Below, piece by piece: positions 24,355 through 40,555 of a stretch of 64,000 bases of DNA; position 1 is the first letter of the stretch, and every line of letters begins with the position of its first letter. The translations under genes were made by a program, and so were the position numbers. The notes beneath the pieces were generated by a model. The model ran no database searches. It was not told the DNA's origin and was given only the letters and a program-made list of their open reading frames with translations. This DNA comes from Phaeosaccion multiseriatum (lineage: Eukaryota; Protista; Ochrophyta, other classes): positions 1,178,001 to 1,242,000 of the forward strand of contig OZ218961.1 of assembly GCA_965112735.1 (NCBI GenBank), read 5' to 3'.

Positions 24355-25941
24355 ATGGAGGGGGGAAAGAGACGAGCAGCAGCCGAGACCACCATCGCAT
24401 CTGGTGCTTCAAGGCGGCGGTCAGAAGGTCCCAATGACTGGGATGGAGTGAAGGTGCTGACCCTCATTGTTGCAAACGTGGGCTCCACCAAGAGTCTGTG
24501 GGGCTTGTCCAGAGTGGTGGATGCAGTCGTGGGGAGGCGAATTGTTCTACACAAAGACGTACCAAAAGCGGTCCAGCAGAGAATGCTGAAAATGCTCGAG
24601 CACCAGCAGCGGCTTGAGTTTGAGCCATCTGGAGAAGGAGGAGCAACCTCTGCTCCTGACGAGGGGCAGAGCCAAGGCCTCCAGGAGCAGCAGCAGCGGG
24701 CCCAGCAGTGTGGAGAGGGAGGAGGAGAGATTCCCAACGAAAGGCATTTTCCGGTCAGCGCTGTCACGCTGGGCCATGTAGGGTGGGTTTCATCTGGTGA
24801 TACTCGGTTGGCGGACATTGCCCTTGTCCAGGAAGGGCTGAGAGTGCTCCCTCCCTCGGTGAAGCACGTTCGCTTGGGAGATAATATCAGCTGTCGTGGC
24901 CTGCGTCTTCCTGACTGGCTGGAGAGTGTACATTTTGGGAGGAAGTTTTCCGAAGAGGTCAAACTTCCGCACGCCTTGGGGGAATTGAGGTTTCATCCTT
25001 ATTCCGATTTCAATCGTCCTTTGGACCTCCCCCCATCGCTGCAGAAGGTATCGTTTGGGTGTAAGTACACACAGCAGACAGATTTCAGTCTGCTGGACGG
25101 GCTTGAGGAGCTGAAATTTTCCTATGGCTCGAAGTGTGATCATCCGTTAACCCTGCCTGCCTCTCTTCGGACTCTGGTGCTGGGAGGGGAGTATACCCAG
25201 CCCTTATCGGATCTGCCGGACGGGCTGAAGGAGCTGAAATTTCCCTATGGCTCGAAGTTTGATCATCCGTTAACCCTGCCTGCCTCTCTTCGGACTCTGC
25301 AGCTGGGATACGAGTATAACCAGCCCCTATCGGATCTGCCGGACGGGCTGGAGGAGCTGAAATTTCCCATTGGCTCGAAGTTTAATCATCCGTTCACCCT
25401 GCCTGCCACTCTTCGGACTCTGCAGCTGGGAGACCAGTATAATCAGCCCCTATCGGATCTGCCGGACGGGCTGGAGGAGCTGACATTTTCCGGTGGGTCG
25501 GAGTTTAATCATCCGTTAAGCCTGCCTGCCTCTCTTCGGACTCTGGAGCTGGGAGAGGACTATAACCAGCCCCTATCGGATCTGCCGGACGGGCTGGAGG
25601 AGCTAAAGTTTGCCAAGGAGTCGAAGTTTGATCATCCGTTAACCCTGCCTGCCTCTCTTCGGACTCTGGCGCTGGGAAAGGATTATAACCAGCCCCTATC
25701 GGATCTGCCGGACGGGCTGAAGGAGCTGACATTTGCCTATGGCTCGACGTTTGATCATCCATTAACCCTGCCTGCCTGTCTTCGGACTCTGGAGCTGGGA
25801 ATCCAGTATAACCAGCCCCTATCGGATCTGCCTGCAGGTCTGGAGCGACTCAGGGTTTTGGAGGGATGCAAGCTCCCTGGTCAGTGGCCCGAGGGCCTTC
25901 AAGTGGACTTCCTCGAAAGGCCTTGGAGTGAGGATTATTGA
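24355..25941 (+). CDS. Intronless FNIP/LRR-type repeat protein copy C (6 modules)
   Basis: Intact 528-aa ORF, paralogous to copy B. Confidence 0.85.
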   Translation: MEGGKRRAAAETTIASGASRRRSEGPNDWDGVKVLTLIVANVGSTKSLWGLSRVVDAVVGRRIVLHKDVPKAVQQRMLKMLEHQQRLEFEPSGEGGATSAPDEGQSQGLQEQQQRAQQCGEGGGEIPNERHFPVSAVTLGHVGWVSSGDTRLADIALVQEGLRVLPPSVKHVRLGDNISCRGLRLPDWLESVHFGRKFSEEVKLPHALGELRFHPYSDFNRPLDLPPSLQKVSFGCKYTQQTDFSLLDGLEELKFSYGSKCDHPLTLPASLRTLVLGGEYTQPLSDLPDGLKELKFPYGSKFDHPLTLPASLRTLQLGYEYNQPLSDLPDGLEELKFPIGSKFNHPFTLPATLRTLQLGDQYNQPLSDLPDGLEELTFSGGSEFNHPLSLPASLRTLELGEDYNQPLSDLPDGLEELKFAKESKFDHPLTLPASLRTLALGKDYNQPLSDLPDGLKELTFAYGSTFDHPLTLPACLRTLELGIQYNQPLSDLPAGLERLRVLEGCKLPGQWPEGLQVDFLERPWSEDY

Positions 25942-26950
25942 GTAGAAGGGTTTCTATCGCAGGAAGCGCGACGAATACGATCGTGAGGATGAGGGCTCCG
26001 AGGAGGAAGAGTACTAAAGTCAAGCGGGACATGCTCATGGTGATGAAGACGAGTCGAGGAGATGAGGTGTAGCCCAGCTACGGTGTCAAGGAGTGGTCGC
26101 ACTGTATGGACCGGCGCTTTGGCGGGATTGGCGGAGTCTTGATGGATGGGTGTAACGAGCCCCCTGGGATCTGAAGAGGCCAAAGTTAGCGACGCAGAAG
26201 CGCTCTGGGCTGCCGCTGTGGCGTCCGAAAAGAAACGGCCCAAAAAGGCGGTCATACAATGGTTACAGATTTGAGACAGCAAGTAACACACGCTACAGAT
26301 ATATAGCGTTATGGGCGGGGCTCGCAGTGAGAGATAAGAGGAGAGTCTGATCTAGCCACCTCCCATTGCAAATTTAAGTGAAGCATGTGTGAAAAAGCGA
26401 CTGGGGACATATGTGTATATATGTGCGTCAAGTCTACGACTAGAGTTCAAAGCATGTCGAAATTACAAAAGCGAAGGCAGCCAAGCCGTGCTTGCTCTGT
26501 TCGCTGCTCCCCCCTTCCTTGGCTTGTTGCCATTCCTCCCATTACCCATCCCTGTCCAGCTCAGCCATCAGACTGGCTGCTCCTCGCCGGACTGTTTCTC
26601 ACTGGACTACTCCTGTAAGGGCAGAAGCGAGGGCCCCACTCTCCCACTCACTCCCGCACTCACACACCGCCACCGCCACACGCCCGTCGAATCCATTCAG
26701 TGGTCCCATACTCGCATATTCCCTCCCTCCCTCCCGCCCTTGAATAAATAGACTCTCGCCTCGCCTCTGCTCCTTCCTCCCTCTCGAACCTTCAGCGCAC
26801 TCCGGTCTCTGGCTCCTACTGGCGACAGCTCCTCACTACTGCTGCTATTACTCCGCTGCTTCTGCTGCTGCCGAGACTCCCTCCTAACCCATACACCTAC
26901 AGCTGCCCCATATACCTATCTACGGCTGCCCCCTCCCCTCCCTCCACCAC

Positions 26951-27082
26951 TTAGCACACCCGGTTGGGCTTCTCTCCGCTGAGGCTGTGCGTTGCGTCCG
27001 ATCCAAGTGAGTGGAGTCGCCCAAGGTCCTTGCTCGCGGCGGCGGCGCCCCTCTCCTGCACCCCCTTGGGTTTCTTCTTCGC
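26951..27082 (-). pseudogene. GAD: Glutamate decarboxylase last exon only, copy C
   Basis: AKKKPKG..EKPNRVC*; the duplication ends in the upstream intron at ~27492. Confidence 0.75.
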
Positions 27083-27205
27083 CTGCCAATGGGGGTGGTG
27101 TTGTCGGTGGAAAGTGTGTTTGTGTGTGTGAGAGAGAGAGAGAGAGAGGCAGAGAGGGTGTGAGAGAGAGTGTGCGTCTATGGCTGTCTGTGTGTGGATG
27201 TGCGC

Positions 27206-27321
<116 letters not shown>

Positions 27322-27664
27322 AGAGCCGACCTGTGCACAAGGCAAAGCGAACCCCGCGAAGCAAACAACCCGGGCGTAGACTACGCACTCACATACGCAC
27401 ACACGCACACATGCACGCGCCCTCGCACGCACGCACGCACGTACACACACAAGCACGCACACACACACCGGACGCACGCACGCGCTCACATAGAACTCGT
27501 TCATCAAAGGAGAGAAGTCTACGTGGGGTGCCCCTTATGTATATGTATGTATATGGTGCGTGCGTGCGTGAGTGATTCTCGTTACCCCATTCGAGCCCTT
27601 TTATTTGTCTGAACCCACCCACTTTCCGCTCCTCCTTGAAGGGTATCTTCTCATTTATCTCACC

Positions 27665-31600
<3,936 letters not shown>

Positions 31601-32723
31601 GTAGTGAGAGGGGGAGGTGGAGTTTGAGTTTGAGGTTGAGGTTGATGTTGAGGTTGGTGTTGTTATTGTACTGTGTTCTCGAGCAAAATCGATGGTTGTG
31701 TCACTCGACAGCCACACGTGTGATGATGTGCTGTAAGTTTGTTTAGTAAGAAAGTAACTTAACGGAGGTAGTAAACTGTAAGCTCCGTACCAAGCGGTGG
31801 AGGTCAGCCATGATGGGAAAAAGGCACGTTGCTTGAACTAAGTCAGTGGCCCAGGCATAGCCAATGTTGCGCGTTGGAGACAGGAGGAGGGTGCACCAGC
31901 CAGGTGCTGTGAAGACAGTGCCAGCTGTGATCCAGGTCCGCCCCCCCCCTATAACCTCTTAGGTGATTCCTATTAAGTCAATAAAGTATCCCCCCACCCC
32001 TGGAATGGCTCTCCTGCTCAACACAAGGATCTGTTTGGCATTATTGGCATTGATACTATAATCTTAAGGGGGCAAAGCTTAATCATTAAATTAGGTCAAG
32101 GTACTTCAAAAGAAATGAAGAAGAAGATAAGTATGCTACCCATGAGTGTGTGTATCACCAACATGTGTGTATCACCAACATGTGTGTGTGTTGTATGTGT
32201 TGTGTGTGTATGTGTGAGTGTGTGTACGGAGGTGTGTGTATATACATCCGTTGCTCACTGTGTTTGCCACACCCCTCTCCTCTGTTGCCTGCGGTCCTCC
32301 TCCTCCTCCTCCTCCTCCTCCTCCTCCTCCTCCTCCTCCTCCTCCTCCTCCTCCTCCTCCTCCTCCTCCTCCTCCTCCTCCTCCTCCTCCTCCTCCTCCT
32401 CCTCCTCCTCCTCCTCCTCCTCCTCCTCCTCCTCCTCGTCGTCGTCGTCCTCCTCCTCCCCCTACCCTGCACGACGTGCCATCATCGCCTCTGAGCTCCA
32501 CCACCCCCCCAAAGGAGGGCATGGCATCCTCCCCTCTTGCATCTCTATCTTTGTACAAGTACCTTCGAGGGGTATCGTCCACCCCCCTCTCTTCCCTTCC
32601 TCTCTCTCTCTCTCCCATTCTCTCTCCCGTTGTCTGTGTCTAACCCCCTCTCTTCCCTTCTCTCTTTTCTCTCTGCTCCCCCTCTCTCTCTCTCCCGTTC
32701 TCTCTGTCTTTCCCTCTCGTGCT

Positions 32724-32768
<45 letters not shown>

Positions 32769-33229
32769 GTTCTCTCTGTCTTTCCCTCTCGTGCTTCTTC
32801 TCTCTCTCTCTCTCTTTGCAACTCCCGCCCCGCCCCCCAAGCCCCCGTCCAAGCCAACACGCATGAAGCCCCCCCAACGTGCGTGCTCACAAAAAGCCGA
32901 CACCGCAAAGCCACAACACACACCCACACCACTCGATGCCTTCCTTCCGTGTCCATCATCCGACCCTCTCTACGGGAGGGGAGAGGCGGGGAAGAGAAAG
33001 CTGATGACCAGGGAAGCGGAAGCGCGTATGTACACACTCAAGAAGAAGGGGGCCACTACTGCGGTATGAGCAGCCACGTCACTGCGGTCCGGTCCGAGAG
33101 CGTTCAGACGCGCTCCTCCCCCCTCCAGAACTTGAGCCTTGTCAGCATCCGTATGAACAACTGCCAATTGTAATGGTTGCCAATTGTGAGGGTTGACCCC
33201 CGTCCGCTCTCCCCGTCGCTGTGGGGCCC

Positions 33230-33274
33230 AACCCCCCGGGGCCTAACCCCCCGGGGCCTAACCCCCCGGGGCCT
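33230..33274. repeat. 15-bp tandem repeat x3 containing the palindrome CCCCGGGG
   Basis: AACCCCCCGGGGCCT x3. Confidence 0.8.
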
Positions 33275-33948
33275 GCGGGGAGGGAGAGGAGCTCAACGTC
33301 ACGCCCAAAGAGGAAGCGCCTCTGTGCCGCCCGCCCGGCTCCCGGATGAACGGATGGACTTACAAATGGCAGCTGCTGATGTGGTGCCGCAATAGCTCAA
33401 GTTCGGGAGGTTTGCTGGAAGGGAGGGAGGAGGGCAGAGGGAAGGGTAGGCGGTGCGAAGGTGTGCCACTGCTAAGCGTCTGCACCCACCGCAAGGGCAA
33501 GTCACAGCATGCGAAGCGGTGGCCAAGCCAAGGGTCCTGAAGGCCCTCCTTCGCTGTCTACCGGTACACCTCCCTCCTTCTCTTGTCCTCCTCGCCACCC
33601 TACGTCAGACCAGAGCCGGAGGGAGGCACGTCTCTCCCGGTGTCTTGCGTGCTTCTCTCCTCCCTCTTCTCCCTCCCTTCCTCCATCCCTCCCTCCCTCC
33701 CCCTCTCTTCTCTCCTCTCTCTTCTCCCTCCCTTCCTCCATCCCTCCCTCCCCCTCTCTTCTCTCTCTCTCTCTCTCTCGCCCACTCTTCCCTGTGTGTC
33801 CCTCCCTCCTCTCCCTCTTCACTCGCTCGCTCGCTCGCTCGCTGCTCCTGCTGCTGCCCCATGGAGAGGCATGCTCCGAGGCCAATCGTCGGACAAACCC
33901 CTCCTCAGCGCTTCCATCTACTGCAGAGGTTAAGCTGTGGTGCGGTAT

Positions 33949-34054
33949 CTATCGGGTGGCGTACACCTCATAACCACCCTCCTCTTCCTCGTCCTCCTCT
34001 TCGTATTGTTGCCTAAAGTCGACCTGGGAACGGAGGAGAGGGGGGGGGGGGGTG

Positions 34055-34091
<37 letters not shown>

Positions 34092-34910
34092 GGACGGAGG
34101 CGCGGGTGAGAAGGGAGAAGAAAGCATGCAAGAAAATCGGACCAGTCTGACTGTCTGACTCACCTCTGACTCCGGCCAGTGGCGCTCATCAGCCGGTCCG
34201 ACGCTGCCGCCCCTGCTGGTGCCGCGTGTCTTCATCCAGATATGGTCCTCCGCGAACTCCACAGGCCTGTGGTGCAGGTGCACTCGGTCCGTGAGGGCTC
34301 GAACCAGCGCCTTCTCCGCCACTTGAAGGCAGGCACTGTGACTTGTAGATAAGCCCATGTTTCGCACCACTGTCCGCAGGAAAGGGTCCGGAGCGTGTGG
34401 GGTAAAGAGCATTGAGTTCCGGAGGGTGTCCAGTGTCCTCCCCTTGGCGTAGGTGGTACTAATGCTGGCCACCGAAGTCAGCACTTTGCAGCTACAGGGC
34501 TCCAGCATGAGTCTCCCCTTGCTCGTGCGTAGAGGTTTGTTGTCGGCCCCGAGCATGAATTGCTTGGCGACAAACTTGGCGTCCGTCACGGTCTTGTCTC
34601 CGTCCTGGCTTCGGTCCTCAGTGGCCAGCTGCACCTCGCAGATGCAGGTACAACCCTGCCGGCACCCGTCTCCTTGTCCATGCAGCACCCCCTCCTGGCC
34701 CACATCAGAGACCTCCTGCGGCTGACATGGATGTTGGTGCTGCTGCTGCTGCTGCTGCTGTTTTGTCATGGCCGCTACCACTCGTCCTACGTTCCTGGGC
34801 CTCACACCATGGTCTAAGAAGAGGCTTCTGGCCACCTTTAGTAGCGGCTTCATCCTCTTGTACGTGTCCTCTGTCGTGGAGCGTCGCCTTCCGGCACGAT
34901 CGGGTTTCAA
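33949..34910 (-). CDS. Hypothetical protein; start uncertain
   Basis: About 250 codons of non-repetitive open frame end at a GTGAGT donor (~34163) and splice in phase to VDFRQQYEE..YATR*. No domain recognised. Confidence 0.45.
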
Positions 34911-35336
34911 AGATTGAGCCGGAGAGATGGAAAGAAGTGAAGAGGAGAGGGTGCTTAACTAGTAGGTAGGACACAGCAGGAGAAGCAGTCGTAGCAGTAG
35001 AGGCACCACCCACCCCCCGACGATAAGTGCTGTGCTGGAAGCCGCTGGAAGGCTGTTTCGATTTGAGGGGCCAACGTCATCGGGCCGTTGGTGGTCCACA
35101 CGGTCGTGCGTGTTTTTGAGAAGTGAGCGAATGGTGAATAAGCCCGAGGCAGAGAAAGAAGGAAGAAGCAGAGAAGAGTAGAGGTGTAGTGTGTGTGTAG
35201 GGTTGAAGAGGGCGAAGAGTCTGAAGGAGTCAGAGAAAGAGAAGGCAGGGACGCGGAAGAAGAAGAGGCAAAAGGAGAAAGAAACTCACAACAAGTCGAC
35301 CACACAGAGGAAACCAACACCAACCACAAGCCCACC

Positions 35337-36136
35337 ATGGGCGAAGAGCGAGGAGGGGAGGGTGGAGCGATGTCGGCTATACCGGTCATGGCCAAGGACG
35401 GGTCGGGCCGCATCGAGGCGCGCCCACCTCCTCCCAAGGCGTCGGGGCCTCCTTCGCCGCACCAGCGGCTGGCCAGGGTACAGGCCTTTCTGTGGAAGAA
35501 CGTCCTCCCTGTGGGCTTTGCGCTGGTGCTCACCATTGCCCTCTCGTGGCCAGCGGGGGGGAGATGGGTCAGCCAGTTTGAGTACAAGGGCTACAGACGT
35601 GAGTGTGTGGGAGAGAGCGGAGTGGGTGGGCGGGGGGGGAAGCTTGTACCCTTGTATCTCTCACCCCCCCTTCGTCTTCTTCTGCCATCCCCTCTCCTCT
35701 CCCATCCTCCTCTCTCCCGACCCCTCCCCAAAACCACCATACCCTAGTGGTACAAACCGTCAATGTCGTCGTCATCTTCATCATCAGCGGTCTCACCCTC
35801 AAGACCGACGAAATCAAGCAGTCCTTCTCCAAGGAAGGTCGAGCCGCCTACTTCTACGGCGTCGTCACCATCCTCTTCATCACGGCTCTGCTTGGGTTCA
35901 TCGCAGTGGAAATTCCCTTCTCGGTCAAGTCATTCAGCTACGGTCTCGCTGTCTTCTGCACCGCCCCCACCACCTTGTCTAGTGGCGTTACCCTCGTCAA
36001 CCAGGCCAAAGGAAACGGCGCCCTTGCTCTACTGCTCACCGTCACCACCAACCTTCTTGGCGTTGTCACAGTGCCTTTCATGCTCAAGCTCGTGCTCGGA
36101 CAGGTATGTAAATGCGTGTGTCCGCTTGTGTTTGTG

Positions 36137-36219
<83 letters not shown>

Positions 36220-36754
36220 CGTGTGTGTGTGTGTAGGGAGGGGAGGGACAGAAGTGTGTGTGTGGGTGTGTAGGGAGGGGAGGGACAGAAGTGTGTGTGT
36301 GGGTGTGTAGGGAGGGAGGGAGGGGCGGGGGAGGGCAGCAAGTGTGCTTGGTGCGTGAGTTGCGTAGGCACCGCTCCCTCCCTTAGGAGTTGAGGCGCTC
36401 TCTGTGTCCATGTTGCGCCCCCCTCCTCCACGTGTTTCGCCCTACAACGGGTCGGTGTCTCCCCTCCCCTGACCCTCCTCACTTTCTCTCTCCTCCTCTG
36501 GCCCTCCTCGCTTTCTCTCCCCTCTCCACCCTCGCTCGTTTTTGTATCTGAATCACGCTGACGCACACGCTTTGCGCCCTATCCCTCTCTCTCCTCCTCC
36601 TCCTCCTCCTCCTCCTCCTCCTCCTCCTCCTCCTCCTCCTCCTCCTCCTCCTCCTCCTCCTCCTCCTCCTCCTCCTCCTCCTCCTCCCACTGCCCCCCCG
36701 TATCACTTGGCCCCACCCACACCACACCACACCACCCTCTCACACCAACCCACT

Positions 36755-36821
<67 letters not shown>

Positions 36822-38017
36822 CTCGCTCACAGGGGGCTGCTTTCAACGCTGTGACGCTGCTGGTAAAGCTCATCATCACCCTCCTCATCCCCTTGGTCAT
36901 CGGAAAGGCCGCCAGAGAGCTCATTCCGGGCATCAAGCCCATCATCACCAAGCACAAGAAATGGATTAGTCTCGTGAGTAACATCTCGCTCATCATGATC
37001 GTGTGGCAGACGCTCAGCCGGAGCGCGAACGACCTCATTGGCACCAAGTTTGTCAACATTCTGAGCGTCATTGTGGCCGGGGTGCTGCTGCACTTCATCT
37101 ACCTGAGCATCAACTACTCCATGGCCACCCGCGTGGTGAGTGAGTGAGGGAGTGAGAGAGTGAGTGAGTGAGTGAGTGAGTGAGTGAGTGAGTGAGTGAG
37201 TGAGTGAGTGAGAATTAGCTAGTGAGGGAGTGAGTGAGTGAGGGAGGGAGTGAGCGAGTGAGGGAGTGAGTGAGGGAGGGACGGAGGGAGGGAGGGAGTG
37301 AATGAGTGAGTGAATGAGTGAGTGAGTGAGTGAGTGAGTGAGTGAATGAGTGAGTGAGTGAGGGAGTGAGTGAGTGAGGGAGTGAGTAAGTGAGTGAGTG
37401 AGTCAGACACAGGTTGGATAGATATGGCCTAGCGCCCTCGCGAGTTGTTTCCACCCCCATCTGGTGTCTCTCGTCTCCTCTATGACTGACTGTGCTATCT
37501 CCTTCCCTCCCTCTATTCCTCCCTCCCCGCTTTCCCTTCCTGCCTTCGTTCCTTCCCTTCCCGCACTCACCGCCTCCCTCCTCCCTCCTCCCTCTTCCCT
37601 CCTCCCTCCCTCCCTCCCTCCCTCCCTCCCTCCCTCCTCCCTCCTCCCTCCTCCCTCCTCCCTCCCTCCTCCCTCCCTCCCTGTCCCATGCCCCTGTCCA
37701 TGCCCCTGCAGTTGCGGCTCCAGCCTCGCGAGATGAAGGCCATCGTGCTCATGTGTAGTCAAAAGACACTGCCCGTGAGCATCACAGTCATCGGCTTCCT
37801 CACCGACCTTGGCGAGGAAGGGCTCATGGCAATTCCATGTATTATTGGGCACATGAGCCAACTGTTTGTTGATGCCTACATCGTCTCCAAGTGGGCATCA
37901 GAGGCTCAGAAGGAGGAGAAGGAGAAGGGGGAGAAGGAGGAGGGGATGGTTTTGGAGGGGACAAGGCCTGGTGCAGCGGCGGTGCAGCAGCACAGTGGAG
38001 GCGGTGCAAATGTGTGA
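35337..38017 (+). CDS. Sodium/bile-acid symporter family transporter (BASS4/SLC10A7-like), 4 exons
   Basis: Exons 35337-35598, 35748-36103, 36833-37135, 37712-38017. Motifs IFIISGLTL, PTTLSSGV..GN.ALALLLTV.TNLLG, SQKTLPV and PCIIGH.SQLFVD, with many hydrophobic helices. Confidence 0.88.
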
Positions 38018-38242
38018 GGGCCTCTGTGTGGTGGTATTAGGTGCTTTTCTCGTTGTCGGAGTGTCGAAACACCACCACCACCACCACCACCAGCAGCAGC
38101 AAGCAGCGCAGCAAGAGGCAGAGTGCACGGACCTCAGGGGAGCGACATGGTGGCTTTGGTGGCCTTGCTCACCTTGCTCACCTTGCTCACCTTGCTGACC
38201 TTGCTGACCTTGGTGGCTCGTGGAGGGCGCAGCAGGAACGAG

Positions 38243-38300
<58 letters not shown>

Positions 38301-38360
38301 TGTACACACCCACACACACTTGCGTCTCCTCCCCTATTACCCTCCTTACGAGGCTCAGAG

Positions 38361-38512
38361 CAGCGATGGACCCATTGACTTATTACCTCAGGATGTGTCA
38401 GCGATGGACCCATTGACATATTACCTCAGGATATGTCAGCGATGGACCCATTGACATATTACCTCAGGATATGTCAGCGATGGACCCATTGACTTATTGC
38501 CTCAGCATATGT
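38361..38512. repeat. 38-bp tandem repeat x4
   Basis: CAGCGATGGACCCATTGAC(T/A)TATTACCTCAGGAT(G/A)TGT, contiguous with no spacers. Confidence 0.9.
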
Positions 38513-40224
38513 CCTCCGGCAGCGCTGTGGAGGCCTGGGAGTGGCAAAGGAGAGTGGCCAAGGGAAATCGCCAGTGCGAAGGAGGTTCAACATGTATTGC
38601 GTGCGTGCGTGGGTGTGTGCGTGGGTGGCATCTCACAGGGCAAACAGAGGGGTGATCAGCACCCGTCCTCACCCATGGGGGGCACCCCCACCGGCGCGAA
38701 AGAAGGGATGCAGCAGCTGTGTACCGACCTAGCTACGGCCAACCGTACGCTCCTCCTCCCCCCCCCCCCCCGAGCCGCTGTGTTTAGTGCTTGAGCTACG
38801 ACGGAGTGAGCTGGCCCCTGGCGCCGCAGAGGAGGGGAGCGGAGGGGCAGCCTGCCTTGCGCTGGAGAAGGGCCTTATCCTGCCTTGCGCTGGAGAAGGG
38901 CCTTCGAAGGGGGGGGAGGAGTGCTGCGGTGACGTAGGGAGACTCTATATATTACACCCTTAAGTGCCATCTACGTAGGGAGACCGAAGTGAGGTAAGGG
39001 CAAGTGTGTGTGTGTGTATGTGTTGTGTGTGTGTGTGTGTCTGTGTGTGCGTGTGTGTGTGCGTGTGTGTGTGCGTGTGTGTGTGTGCGTGTGTGTGTGT
39101 GTGTGTGTGCGTGTGTGTGTGTGTGCGTGTATGTATGTGTGTGTGTGTGTGTGCGCATGTGTCGCTTCACCTCAGCTGCTGCCCCCTTGTAGATGTGTTG
39201 CACAGGTGGTGTATGTATTGGACTGATTCATCGGAGGCTGTGTCTATCTGTCTGTCTGTCTCTCTCTCGCTCTTTGTGCGTGTGTGCGTGTATGATGTGA
39301 GTGTGATGGGTTTGTGCGTGTGGGTGTGTGCGTGTATGATGTGAGTGTGATGGGTTTGTGCGTGTGGGTGTGTGCGTGCGCTGTGGTCTGTGTGCCTTTT
39401 CTTCCAGAACGTGCATAACTAAAACGCATCTGCCCTCCCCTTCTCTTTTGCATCTTGTCGCTGGCCTGCTCTCAGAGGAGCGCGAGACGGAGTTGACGGA
39501 GGTTGGGCAGCGTTGCTTCGGTCCCTCCCTGTGACGCACTTGAACCGGCACTTGAAGAGGCACTTTGAACAGGCACTTGAACAGCGCAGAGCTTGGTATT
39601 GGGAGGCATTGCTTCGGTCCGTCTGAAGCATGCCAACTTCCCTTCCCCTAGCGGCGACACCCGCTCTCTGCGGCGCCCTCTGCGGGGTTCTCCTTGCGTG
39701 TGTCGGCCGTGGGGGCATTCTTCTTATCCAGCTCGCGATTGTCCTTCTCCACCTTCCTCTTCCTCTTCCTCGTCGCTTCGTTGCTTGCCCTCCGGATCCT
39801 GCCAAGGCCCATACGGCGAGTGTCCCGTGCCCTTCGGTCCCTCCTCCTCCTGCAGGGGGGGGGCAGCTTATACAGTACTTGAACGACGGCGAGAGTTCTT
39901 TATCAATATACAAAGAGGCATCTTCCCTTCACAGACGGCGACGGAGGAATACCAACATGGTTTTTTTGCGTTCCTTCCCCCTCCCTCCCGGAAGCCTCCC
40001 CAAAGGAAATGGCAAGGACTTGCCACGGTCAGCAGTCGACGCAGAGAGCGAGGAGGGGCGAGAAGAAAACAGGGGCGGGCGGACCTTAAAGAATAAAGTA
40101 AAGGAGGAGATTCAGAGAACCACTGGTTCCAACCTCACGTCACTATATTCTCTGGGAAGTCGTTACCGTTACATGTGTAACGTGCGATTGCACGGCGGTT
40201 CCAGGGGAGGGATGTCAATTTCGA

Positions 40225-40381
40225 CCCCTGACAAGGTTCTGGGTTCCAGGTTCTGGGGGAAAGCGTGTAATAGGTTCCAGGTTCCCCGGAAAAGCCGTGT
40301 AATAAGGCAATGATGCGGTCCCCCTAACCTGGATCCAGGTTCCAGGTTCTGGCCTGGGTCGCCTCAGAACCTTGTCAGGGG
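40225..40381. mobile_element. 157-bp MITE-like element, 17-bp TIRs, TCGA flanks
   Basis: CCCCTGACAAGGTTCTG at 40225-40241 and its reverse complement at 40365-40381. TCGA lies on both sides (40221-24, 40382-85); GGTTCCAGGTT occurs three times inside. Confidence 0.7.
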
Positions 40382-40405
40382 TCGAACACACGCACACACA
40401 CACAT

Positions 40406-40489
<84 letters not shown>

Positions 40490-40520
40490 CACATTCACAC
40501 ACACACATACGCACACACAC

Positions 40521-40555
<35 letters not shown>

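Noticed and set aside
32115-33173. 352-aa Ser-rich ORF
   Set aside because: Mostly TG, CCT and CT microsatellite translation.
38361-38512. CRISPR-like 38-bp repeats
   Set aside because: Contiguous tandem copies with no unique spacers and no cas genes, in a eukaryotic context.
39419-40313. Overlapping ORFs of 160-230 aa
   Set aside because: No recognisable domain or consistent splice structure, and one runs into the MITE.
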